This document shows positions 1 through 11,600 of a stretch of DNA of 64,000 nt, piece after piece. Position 1 is the stretch's first letter; every line of letters begins with the position of its first letter. The stretch lies in NCBI RefSeq assembly GCF_001447785.1, contig NW_015175358.1:885546-949545 (forward strand), read 5' to 3'. The notes under the pieces are model-generated. The model was not told the DNA's origin, did no database searches, and worked only from the letters and a program-made list of their open reading frames with translations. The translations under genes were made by a program, and so were the position numbers. This DNA comes from Gekko japonicus. Lineage: Eukaryota.

Positions 1-136
1 CTGGAGCCCGTTTCGCCACAGTAGGCAACCAAGCTCGGTTCAGACAAAGGAAGGAAACCCTTCGCAGGCCTTTGTGAGGAAGTCATTGGGGCCAGTCCTA
101 ACTAGGGTAGCCAGCTCCAGGTAGGGAGATTCCTGG

Positions 137-516
137 NNNNNNNNNNNNNNNNNNNNNNNNNNNNNNNNNNNNNNNNNNNNNNNNNNNNNNNNNNNNNNNN
201 NNNNNNNNNNNNNNNNNNNNNNNNNNNNNNNNNNNNNNNNNNNNNNNNNNNNNNNNNNNNNNNNNNNNNNNNNNNNNNNNNNNNNNNNNNNNNNNNNNNN
301 NNNNNNNNNNNNNNNNNNNNNNNNNNNNNNNNNNNNNNNNNNNNNNNNNNNNNNNNNNNNNNNNNNNNNNNNNNNNNNNNNNNNNNNNNNNNNNNNNNNN
401 NNNNNNNNNNNNNNNNNNNNNNNNNNNNNNNNNNNNNNNNNNNNNNNNNNNNNNNNNNNNNNNNNNNNNNNNNNNNNNNNNNNNNNNNNNNNNNNNNNNN
501 NNNNNNNNNNNNNNNN
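137..516. other. Assembly gap (N run)
   Basis: Continuous n characters; interrupts a hAT MITE end starting at ~103. Confidence 0.99.
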
Positions 517-1254
517 GTAGGAGTCAGTGCTTCAGAGCAGGGTCTGCTAGATCCAGGTTCTTGCTGTAGAAGCTGAGTGGGTGATTTTGGACCAGTCACA
601 GACTTTCAGCCTAACCTACCTCACAGGATTGTTGTGCAAGTCAAAAGGGGGAGAGGAGAATGATGTAAGCTGCTTTAGGGATGCCCCCCCCCCCCCCCAT
701 GACAGCCAATGTGACATGGCTGTCAGGGCTTCAGAGCACAGTAGAGGCTACGGGGGGGAGAGAGAGGGAAAGCTGAACAGTGAGGGAGAAATAAAGGTAG
801 GTTGATGAGTGGCTGAGAAGTAGATAGGGTTGCCAACTCCAGGTGGGAAATTCCTGGAGATTTGAGGGATGGAACCTGGAGAGGGTGAGGTTTGAGGAGG
901 GGTTGGACCTCAGACAGGTACAATGCCATAGACTCCACCCTCCAAACCAGCCATTTCCTCCTGGGTAACAATTGTTGCCAATCTGCAGGTGAGGGCTGAA
1001 GATCACTCAAAATTACAACTGCTCTTCAGGTAGCAGAAATCAGTTCCTCTGGAGACATTATATCCTGCTGAGGTCGCCACAGCAAATTGACGCTGAGTGC
1101 CCAAGGCCAGGGCACTCTCCCAGAGCCTAGCCAGGAGGCCGCCCCCTGGACCCCCTCTTGCGGTCTCTTTATCAGCAATTTTTATGACATTCAACATGTT
1201 TTCATAACTTTTAAAAATGAACTCAAATCTATTAAAATTAATTCAAAAAGACAC

Positions 1255-1535
1255 TTATATTTTTGAATAGGGTTCATTTTCAAATTAGATTAATATTGTC
1301 AACGGATTTTTATGAAATTCAAAATGTTCACATAAGTCATTAAGACAAACTCAAATATATCAAAAGAAATCCAAAAATAGCCCTATATTTTTGAATGGGG
1401 AGGGCTCATTAGGCCTCATTTTCAAAATAAATTAATTGTCAACTGATTTTTACGAAATTCAGAATGTTCCCACAAGAAGTTATTAAGACAAGCTCAAATA
1501 TATCAAAAGAAATATTAAATTTTTGAATAGGGGGT
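1255..1535. repeat. Degenerate AT-rich tandem duplication
   Basis: ATTTTTGAAT.GG...ATTGTCAAC.GATTTTTA.GAAATTC...TTAAGACAA.CTCAAATATATCAAAAGAAAT repeated. Confidence 0.65.
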
Positions 1536-2930
1536 TTAATATAGTTTTACGTTTTTGAAAGGGAGGAAGACTTTTTGAATGGGGTATTTTTTGGGTGATC
1601 AGCTGGTATTTATTAATTGGATCTTCTGCGGGTTTCGGCCCTGGGATTGGGGCCTTCTTCAGTTGTACAGTTTTATGGAGCAAATTGGCTTTTTTGTAAT
1701 ATAAATTGTCATTTTGATGTTTTCTGGTAGTAGTGGGGCTACCATACATCATGCAAGAGATCACGGAACCAGATCTTCTGTTCAGTGATCTCATGATTGT
1801 ATGTATGATATAGGGTAGCCTTGTTATTGCTGGAGTGTGTTAGAATGACAATTTATATGACGGGGGGTTGATTTGCTTTATAAGGCTGTATGCCGGGGGG
1901 GGGGGCAATCTTGGGGTCAAGACATGTTGTAGAGTTGATTGATAAATTCTGGCTGATTGCACAGAAGAGATCTTGTTCAGGAAGTTTTTTCCTCTCTCAA
2001 AAACGTATTAATTTTTTATCTTTAATACCTAAATAATTTTTAATTAATTTTTTAAATCATTATTTAGAAAATGTTTGTAATCTCTTATTTTCTAGCATTT
2101 ACTTTTATTTTCCTATTTTAATTTAAAACGTTCTGTTCTATGAGCCTTATTTGTCATTTTAAAACCCTTTTATTACGTAATTATTCCTGTGATTTTGTAA
2201 ACACATCCTTTATTATTTTTTAATAAAAATTAAAAGACAATATATTTTCAAATATTAAAAAGGCGTATATATTTTAATTTTTTCTGAGACCAGCTGATGT
2301 AATTTAAAACAGTAGGGGGCCTCTGGGTTTCGTATAGCTTAGGGCCTCAGCAAGTCTAAATCTGGCCCTGGCCCCACCTACCTCATAGAGTATCTTTTGT
2401 GGGGAGGGGAAGGTAAAGGAGATTGTACGCTGCTCTGAGAGACTGATTGAAAGGTGGGGTATAAATCCTATTTGAAGGGTGGACTCTATGGCACTGAACC
2501 CCACTCTCAGGTCCCTATCTTCCCCAGACTCCATCCCCAAATCTCCAGGAATTTCCCAACCTGGATCTGGCAACCCTACTAATTTCAGCCACAGTTCACC
2601 AAAAGAAAAAAAAACAATGACTGCTCTTGCTGCTGCTTCATCTGGTACTGCAGCAGCTCTTTTGACAAGAGGTAGAACTGCTCATTCTGTAATCAAAATT
2701 ACCATTAAATATTGTGAGAGCAGGGAGCTATGGGGCTGGCCAGCAAGCACCCCTCTTGTACAATAAACACCTTGTCTTCTTCCCATCTTTACAAAAGTCC
2801 TGTAAGGTAGACCAATATCATTATCCCCCACATTACAGATACATAACTGAGAGACAGATCAAGATGGGTAGCCGATTTAGTCTGTCTGTAGCAGTAAAAA
2901 AGAGCAAAAAAAAAGTCCAGCAGCATCTTA

Positions 2931-3268
2931 AAAAGGTAAAGGTTCCCTTGCTCGAAAGCCAGTCGAGTCCGACTCTAGGGTTGCGGTGCTCATCTCCGTT
3001 TCCAAGCCGAATTGCCAGCGCTGTCCGAAGAAGTTTCCGTGGTCATGTGGCTGGCATGACTAAACACCACACGGAACGCTGTTACCTTCCCACCGAAGGG
3101 GTACCTGTTTATCTACTTGCAATTTCTTGCTTTCGAACTGCTAGGTTGGCAGGAGCTGGAACTAGAGACGGGAGCTCACTCCATCATGCGGCACACTCGG
3201 GTCTCGAACTGCTGACCTTCCACAGCCTGCAGTTCAGCGTCTTAACCACTTGAGCCACCGCAGCTCCT
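2931..3268 (-). mobile_element. Sauria SINE
   Basis: tRNA-like head, (ACCTTT)n tail, 15-bp TSD AGCAGCATCTTAAAA; nested in a Penelope-derived palindrome (~2860-3430). Confidence 0.85.
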
Positions 3269-3499
3269 AGCAGCATCTTAAAAGCTAACAAAATTTGTGG
3301 TTGGGTAGGAGCTTTCGTGAGTCACTGCTTACTTTTTCAGATCTGAAGTGAGCCGTGACTCACGGAAGCTCCTCCTACCCTGCCACACATTTTGTTAGTC
3401 TTTAAGGTGCTACTGGAGTCTTGCTTTTTTTCTATAACTGAGAGAGAATAACTTGCCTAAGACCACATTGGCAACGTTTACTGGCCGCTTGGGTCACTC

Positions 3500-4330
3500 A
3501 CAACTACGTATAATGTTTCTTGTCTAGACCGTCACCCAGCTGCGCCGCTTGAAAAAGTCCGCGGTCGGACCCCTTAAGCTTGCACACGGTTATGCGAGAG
3601 AAGTAAACAGGAAAGGATGCGCGAGAGTCATGGCTCCTGCTCGGGCTCAGCCCACCGACCCACCCCCTTGCCTCCCTTTCTCGAATCAGCAAGCAGCCCG
3701 CATCACAAACGCGGGACCGAAGGCCAGCCCCTCGAATCCCACCATTCCACTTCCGGCTTTTGCCTTTCGCTTCAATCACGTGGTGGGCGTCAGCTCGGCC
3801 TCACCCCGGCGAGCCACGGACAACCAATCGTAGCGCCGGCCTCGCGTCAGTCCCTCTAACCCCACTGTCCACCCCCCCCCACACACACACCCCAATTTCT
3901 CTTTCCCTGCGCGTCGGTGTTGCTACGAGCTTTGCAGAAGAATAAGGACGGCGGGAGAGCGCGCCACCGCGCGCCAGTGAGTATCTGTGGTAGGCGGGCA
4001 GGGGAGAGAGCGCGTTGCTAACCCCCGTCGTCGCCGAGGACTTAAAAAGTACCCGAGGGTAGCTGGTCCCCGGGGTTTGGGGGCGGGGCTAAAGCCTGAG
4101 GAGAAGGCCCCAGAACTCAGCCAATGGCGGCTAGGGCTGGGTTTCGAAGGAGGCCGTCTTGGGGTCCTTATGGGAACTCCCTCTTCCTCCTCCTCCGTTT
4201 CCCGCCTTCTTTCCCTTTCCAGACGCTAGGCGGCTTCTAGCTTTCCGGGGCCTTCGCCTTCTTCTCCGGTCCCTGCTCCTCTTCCGCGTCCAAAGCAGGC
4301 TAGGAAGAACTCCGGCCTCTTCCTTTCTCC
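3500..4330 (+). promoter_or_regulatory. TATDN2: TATDN2 CpG-island promoter with probable non-coding exon 1 ending at 3976
   Basis: CpG-dense; ETS-like CACTTCCGG (~3748), E-box CACGTG (~3777), CCAAT (3824), CCAAT/YY1-like CCAATGGCGG (~4121); donor CA|GTGAGT at 3977. Confidence 0.7.
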
Positions 4331-5238
4331 TTATGTGTGTCCTGGGAATTCTTGCGAACTGGATGGGGAGTGTTAAAGTGTAAGGTTTCAGACAGGTGTA
4401 TGTGGACATAAGAAGGCAAGAAGAGCCCTTCTGGACCAGACCAGTGGTCCGTCTAGTCCAGCATCCTGTCTCACATATAGATTTGCCAGCCTCCAGGGAG
4501 GCGGGGACTGGAGATCTCTCAAAGTTGCATTTGATCTCCAGGTGATGTAGATTAGTTCCCGTGGAGAAAATTGCTGCTTTGAAGGATGAACTCTATGGCA
4601 TTAGACCCTGCTGAGGTCCCTCCCCAGGCTCCACTCCCAAATCTCCAGGTTTTTCTCAAATGGGAGTTAGCAACCCTACATGACAGCGGCCGACCAGTTG
4701 CTCTGGAGGACAAACTACAAAGTATAGAGACGGAGGCCTTCCCCTGATCTTGCCTCTTGGCACTGATATTCAGAGGCTTGCTGCCTGTGAATGTGGAGAT
4801 TGTCTGTGATATGGGATGAGCAGGTATTGTACTTTTGTTCTTGTATAGGAATCTGCTTGCTGTTCCCATTTTTGTCCGATAGATTTATGTGTAAAGGTTA
4901 GAGTTGGCTATCCATTTTCTTAATTTTTCTTGCATGGTGTTTTCAGTGAAAGGGCCTGTGAGCTGTAGTGGTTAAGAGTGCTGGACTAGGGCTTGGGAGA
5001 CCCAGGTTTGAACCCACGCTGCTTTGGAAGCTGGCAGGTTGACCTTGGATTAGCCACACACTCTTAGCCTAACCTATTTTACCAGGTTGTTATAAAGATC
5101 AAATGGAAGAGAGGAGAATGAGGTAAGCCACTTTGGATCCCCATTGGAGAGAGTGTATTTGGAGTGGGGTGTGAATTCATTATGGAAATATGCTAAAATT
5201 CTAATTGTTTCCCTTACTATCCAGATAAGCCAGCATCA

Positions 5239-5607
5239 ATGCAGCCAAACAGGAGGCGCAAAATAGAATGGGACAGCTCATCTGTTGGCTCACCCACCAA
5301 ATATTTCAAGTCCACCAAAGGACTCCCTCATCCTTCCCCTAACAGCAGCTTGGCCAACGAGAGAGCTGTGTTAAGAAAGACTCCGATCTTGCACTCTCCA
5401 GAATCTTCTTATAAAGAGTTCTCAAGAACTTCATTTGCAGCAGAAGATTCTTCCTCTGATGACTTTGAAACGGATGATGAAATTGACAACGTGGTTAAGG
5501 AGACCCAGAGTTGTTCCTCTTCCAGAGGAGTGCATCTTGTAAACCGTTCTGTTTCTGAAATGTCCAAGAGAAGTGTGGTTTCCTCTCAGGAATCCTTGAA
5601 ACATGAG
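5239..5607 (+). CDS. TATDN2: TATDN2 coding exon 1 ([15 protein letters not shown]...)
   Basis: Acceptor ccag at 5221-5224, ATG 5239, donor GAG|GTATAG. Confidence 0.8.
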
Positions 5608-8600
5608 GTATAGAAGTGACAATAACTGACCATTTCTGCCTGACATGAGGCATGGGGTTTTGTTACTGTCTATTGTGCCATCTATTGTTTTATGGTTTTA
5701 TTGTTTCTCTTCTTTATGGGTTTTAGGTTGTAAGCCATCCTGAGCCTACTTGTGGGATAGGGTGGGGTATAAAATAAATAAAACAATGTAAGTGTGGTAG
5801 CTAGCTCAGAAACCTTTTAAAAATGACAAGAAGTTGTAAGTACTAGGGAAGCTTTGCCCTTTTTGGAGAACAGCTAAAATGCTATAGAATTTATTAATCT
5901 ATATCTGTTCATCTAGTGTGACTGGTACCTTCTACATTTTGTTCTTGGTAATTATATGAACTTTCAGTAGGTTTTGTTTCTGGGAAGAATGCCTGTTAGA
6001 TTTGAAAAGGCAGGCACTTCTCTTAGGACTACTTTGGAGGAATAGGAACCTTTAACTCAGTATACTAATGGCCAATTAAATATTATATCTGAGGACTAAA
6101 TGTGTCCATGTGCATTGCCATATCAGCTTACTAGAAAAATCACATAATGCTTCTTTAATGCCAAAAGATCCCATTATGTTGTAGCTTACTGTAGAAGTCT
6201 GCAGACTAAGTTACTAACTGCTCTTTTGTTTAATCGGTGCATGGAAGGGATTGTTAGCTGCTTAGCCAACCACACGGAGATCCTGTTTGTGTATATGCTT
6301 ACATTATTGTTTTCTGTTTAGGTTAAACAAGATGCTTGCAGTGATGCAGGCCGAAACCTTGCACGCAGCACTGAGAGCAAAGATGTATCAAAGGATGCAG
6401 GGCCTGAATATGGCCGTAAGAAAACAGAGAACCGGGGAGCTGCATTAATTTACCAAAAAGCTCTGCTAGGTGCATTAGGGAAAGCATTGTCAGCCAAACG
6501 AGATGCAGCATCTCCAAATGGAATTCACGTGAACAGCCTTCATCGCAGAAAAGAAGCTTCTGGACCAGGGGACAACTTGAGACGTCTGTCTGCAGGGGGA
6601 GAAGATCCCAGCTGTAGCAAAAGTACACAAAAAGAACAAATTAATATCTGTGTCCAGCAGGATAAAAAAGACTCTCATGGGTCAGATGGTAGCTCAAGAC
6701 GTGTATCTGTAGTTTCAAGATCAGAAAGAGAAGCGGAATTTAAACCAGAATCCAGTTTTCAGAAAGCTAGTGCAAAAGAAGAAAATGACAGTTCTAACCG
6801 CAGTGGAAAAGAGGATGCCAGACCAGGACGCAGCTCAAGGCATGCCCCTGGAACATTGAGACTTGAAGATGAACCAGAGCTTACACGAGAACTGAAAAAC
6901 CAGAGTAGTCCAGCAAGAGAGGACATTAATACCTCTGTTGGGCAAAATAAAAAAAAACTTCGTAGATTCAACAGCAGTTCTGAAGATGTGGCTAACTTCT
7001 CAAGACTTGAAGGGGAGCAAAAAGTATCACACAAACAGCAAAGTAAAATTGCTGGAGAAACTGATTGCGCCAGACTGAGTAAAAAAGAATCTTGGACACC
7101 TGAAAACAACTCAAGGCGTGTCTCTGAAGGCGCAAGACATGAAGGCGAAGAAGTGTTCAAGTCTGGGAGCAGCAATCAGAAGACTGCTGCAAAAGAATCT
7201 GGTGCTTCCACAAAGCAGAAAAATGTGACAAAAGAACAGTGCACTGCCCCCAGCTCAGTTGACATACACAGTGAAACAAAAATTAAGTTTGAGAATTTCC
7301 AGAGGACAGTTCTTGTTGAACCTTCTTCAAAACTTGTATTTGTGGATGAGCACGATTCAGAAGTAGACCAAAAGGTGAGGCATTGAGTTATGGTGTGTGT
7401 GTGTGTGTGTAGTGCTGTCAAGTCAATTTTGACTTAGTCACCCCTATTGATTTATGGCCTCCAAAATTAATGGCCACCTATTGTTTAACAGCCGTGCTCA
7501 GGTCTTGCAAACTGAGGGCTGTGGCTTCTTTTATTGCATCAATCCATCTCATGTTGGGCCTTCCTTTTTTCCTGCTGCCTTCAACTTTTCCTAGCAGTCT
7601 TTCCCAGTAACTCCTGGAGGTTTTCCAGCTCTTGTCTGCTGTTCTGCTACCTTTTTGATTCTAAGCCCTAGCAGCCGGGTTCCCTTTCAGGTCAAGCAAA
7701 GCCTGTCTCTGTTTCACAGATTTTGGCTCATCCCCGAAAGTTACCCTGTGCCTAAGAAATCTAAATTCCTCGCATCTCCACTTTCCTATCTGCACATCGA
7801 GTCCCCTAATGTCCACCATCCATGTGGAACTGGTAGCAATTCTGAGAGCTTGGCCTTGGAAGTTAACTGGAGATCTTTGTAATGCTTTTCTGAGTACAGT
7901 GTTAGATCAGCACTGTTGCTGTGCAGTCAAGGTAAAGCACAAAAAACAAAGATACTTCATTATTTCTGTCCTTCTGGAACAGAATTATGTTTCTTTGCAA
8001 TACATGTAAAATATGTTTGACTATATCAAACAGTGTACTACTTTACCTCATTAATTTTCATTCAAGGAGGACTAAGAACATAAGAAGAACATAAGAGACG
8101 CCAATGTTGGATCAGGCCAAATGCCCAGCCAGTCCAACACTCTGTCACACAGTGGCCAAAAATACCAGGTGCCATCATGAGGTCCACCAGTGGAGCCAGG
8201 ACATTAGAAGCCCTCCCACTGTTGACCCCCCCCCCCCAGCACCAAGAAGACAGAGCATCACTTGCCCCAGAGCCCCTATCTATACCTTGAGGCTAATAGC
8301 CACTGATGGACCTCTGCTCCATATGCTTATCTAATTTCCTCTTGAAGCCGTCCATCCTTGTATCCACCACCACCTCCTGTGACAGTGAATTCCATGTGTT
8401 AATCACTCTTTGGGTGAAGAAGTACTTCCTTTTATCCGTTCTAACCCGACCGCTCAGCAATTTCATGGAGTGCCCATGAGTTCTTGTATTGTGAGAAAGG
8501 GGAAAAAGTACCACTTTCCCTACCTGCTCTATCCCATGCATAATCTTATAAACCTCAATCATGTTCCCCTCAGTCGTTGTCTCTCCAAGCTAAAGAGCCC

Positions 8601-11600
8601 CAAGCGCTTTAACCTTTCCTCATAGGGAAAGTGTTCCAACCCTTTTATCATTCGAGTTGCACTTTCCAAAGCTATAATATCCTTTATAAGGTGTGGTGAC
8701 GAGAACTGCACACAGTATTCCAAATGAGGTCGCACCATTGATTTATGTAGGGGTATTATGATATTGGCTGATCTGTTTTCAATACCCTTCCTAATAATCC
8801 CACCAATAGCATTGGCCTTTTTTATTGCAGTCACACACTGTCTCGACATTTTCAGTGAGTTATCTACTACAACTTCAAGATCTCTCTCTTGTTCAGTCTC
8901 TGCCTGTTCAGACCCCATCAATGTGTATTTATACAGAAGGACTACCCCCTTCTGTACCATCCAGCCTGCTAGCTAAGCTACTTCTCACAAGACCTGCTGT
9001 CTGTGCTCCCACCAGCAGAGATGGGGCTTTTTTCAGTGGAGAAAACCTGTCTGTGAATGTCCTCCTTCTCAATGCTTGATTGGCATAAGAGTGCACTGTA
9101 AAGGGAATAATCCCCTAATGTCCTTAGAAGGATGCTTAAGATTGCAGTGTTAGGCACCAGGACAAAACATTTCTTTTTACCTAGGCTTTTAACTAAGGGG
9201 GTTGAGTTCTTAAAATTGTTCTTGAAATCTGTTTCTAGTCTGAGGATTGTTATAAGGATCATTTAGGCTGCTAAACATTTATTTATTTATTTATTCATTC
9301 ATTCATTCAATTTATTCCCCGCCAGAGCAGGCTGTGCTCTGAGTTTTTAATTGTTAATTTGAATTTTATCTTTTAATTTGTGAGTTGTCTCATGTAGGTC
9401 TTTGAAGGGGCAGTATATACATTTTCTAAATACGTATGGAATTTAAATACAGTGTTTTTCCACAAAGCATGCCGCCACCTCTTCCCCTCCGTTCTGTCCA
9501 TCTGTTCTCACATAAATTCTCCTAAGGAGAGAGCCACATGTGCCTCCCTGAGCAGCTTGGAGGAAGGACAGGATAGAAGTGTCATAGACATCAATTCTCT
9601 GAAGTCTACACATGCTAATAAAATGACTTTTAAAAAGCCCCCAAAACCTGTAATCAGGTGTTAGAAAAGCAAGTTGAACTAAGTCTCATCTCAAACTGTT
9701 TATGTCCTGCTTCTTGTATCTTGTTGCTGTGCAGCGTACAGAGCAAGAAAAAGAGCCTTTAGCGGGAAGTGACTGGTCTGATACGGAGGATGCAGAACCA
9801 TTGACTACCATCTCTCAAGAGGATTCTATCCCGGGTCACAATGCTTCTGGAACAAAAGACACTCCAGCATTGACCACAGAGGTCGTGATGTATCCTCCTC
9901 ACCTGTATGGTCATAAGATGAAAGACTATGCAAAATATTGGACAAAGACCCCCAAGCCAGAACATTGTAGTCCTTTTTCAAGCCCCTGTGAAGATACTCC
10001 ATTTGATAGTTCGTATTCTAGTCAGCTCTGTGACATTTCTTTAGATACCTCCGTTGCTATTTCATCGAATACCTCAAAGGATGAAGAATCGTCATTGGAA
10101 GAAGTGCGTCGTAGGCCACGTTCACTTGGTTCTTCACTGTTCTGTGAGAAGAAACATAGACGGCGAAGTATGGAAGCAGGACCATACATTCCTATTTTCT
10201 CCACACCAAGCAAATTGGATTCATCTGTTACTAACCCTGCAGGGCACAGTTTGCCTGATGACCTGCCCAGGTATTTAGAAGAAGGATTTATTGACACCCA
10301 CTGCCATCTGGACATGTTGTATTCAAAAATGGCTTTTAGGGGCACCTTTTCTAAATTTAGAATGGTTTATGATACCACCTTTCCTGAAGAATTTGAAGGC
10401 TGTATAGCTGACTTTTGTAATCCTCGTACCTTGAATGACTCCTTATGGGAAGATTTATTAAAGGAAGACAAGGTTTGGGGGGCATTTGGCTGTCATCCAC
10501 ACTTTGCACGCTATTACTCAGATCTTCATGAACGAAATCTCTTGCAGGCAATGAGGCACCCCAAAGCTATTGCCTTTGGAGAAATGGGACTGGATTACTC
10601 TTATAAATGTAGTACTGAAGTTCCAACTCAACACAAGGTAAAAGGCTTCTAGTTCTTTTGAGGCTGTTTTCTCTCTTGAATGTGAAACTTTCTTTTATTG
10701 TGGAAGAGATGCTGTAGCTTTGTAAAAAAAATTAGTTATGGAGCAGTCACATAGTTAGCCAGTTAGGATTATTAAATTTTATTTTGGAAAATACTTTGTC
10801 AAACTAGTGATCAATGTACAGGAAAAATGGATGGGTTGCTAAATAACTTTTGGGTGGTTATAAAATTTTGTTTTATATCCATATGATACTGTCTTGGGCA
10901 TTACCTCTGTTCCAACTGAAAACTACTTGTTAACAATACCTCAGCCTGATTTCATTGGTCTTCACAATTAGCTGTCCTCTAGTCCATTATAACCATTGAG
11001 CGGTGGCTCAAGTGGTTAAGACGCTGAACTGCAGGCTGTGGAAGGTCAGTAGTTCAGCAGTTCGTCCTGAGTTGCCGCATGACAGAGTGAGCTCCTGTCT
11101 CTAGTTCCAGCTCCTGCCAACCTAGCAGTTTGAAAGCAAGAAATTGCAAGTAGATAAATAGGTACCACTTCGGTGGGAAGGTAACAGCGTTCCGTGCGCC
11201 TTGGTGTTTAGTCATGCCGGCCACATGACCACGGAAATGTCTTTGAACTGCACTGGCTCTTTGGCTTTGAAACGGAGATGAGCACAGCAACTCTAGAGTT
11301 GGACTCGACTGGCTTTCGAGCAAGAGAACCTTTACCTTTACCTAGTCCATTATAAATTCTAGATGTCTGTTTAACACTTCTACTGCAAGTCCTGATTCAC
11401 TTATAAAACGTAAGTACAGCTGAGTGTCGCCAATGTTCTCATAGTTCCCTCTAAGCTGTGCTAGAGGGTGCTGACACACAAAATTTTAACAGGCAGTGCA
11501 GGGATTTCTGTTTCAGCTCACAGGGCATTTTTTCCCTCCATTGGAAACAATGGAAGACAGGAGCATCTCCTTTTGAGGATCATAGAATTGGACCCCCAGT

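Noticed and set aside
102-599. 165-aa ORF
   Set aside because: Spans the N gap; artefact.
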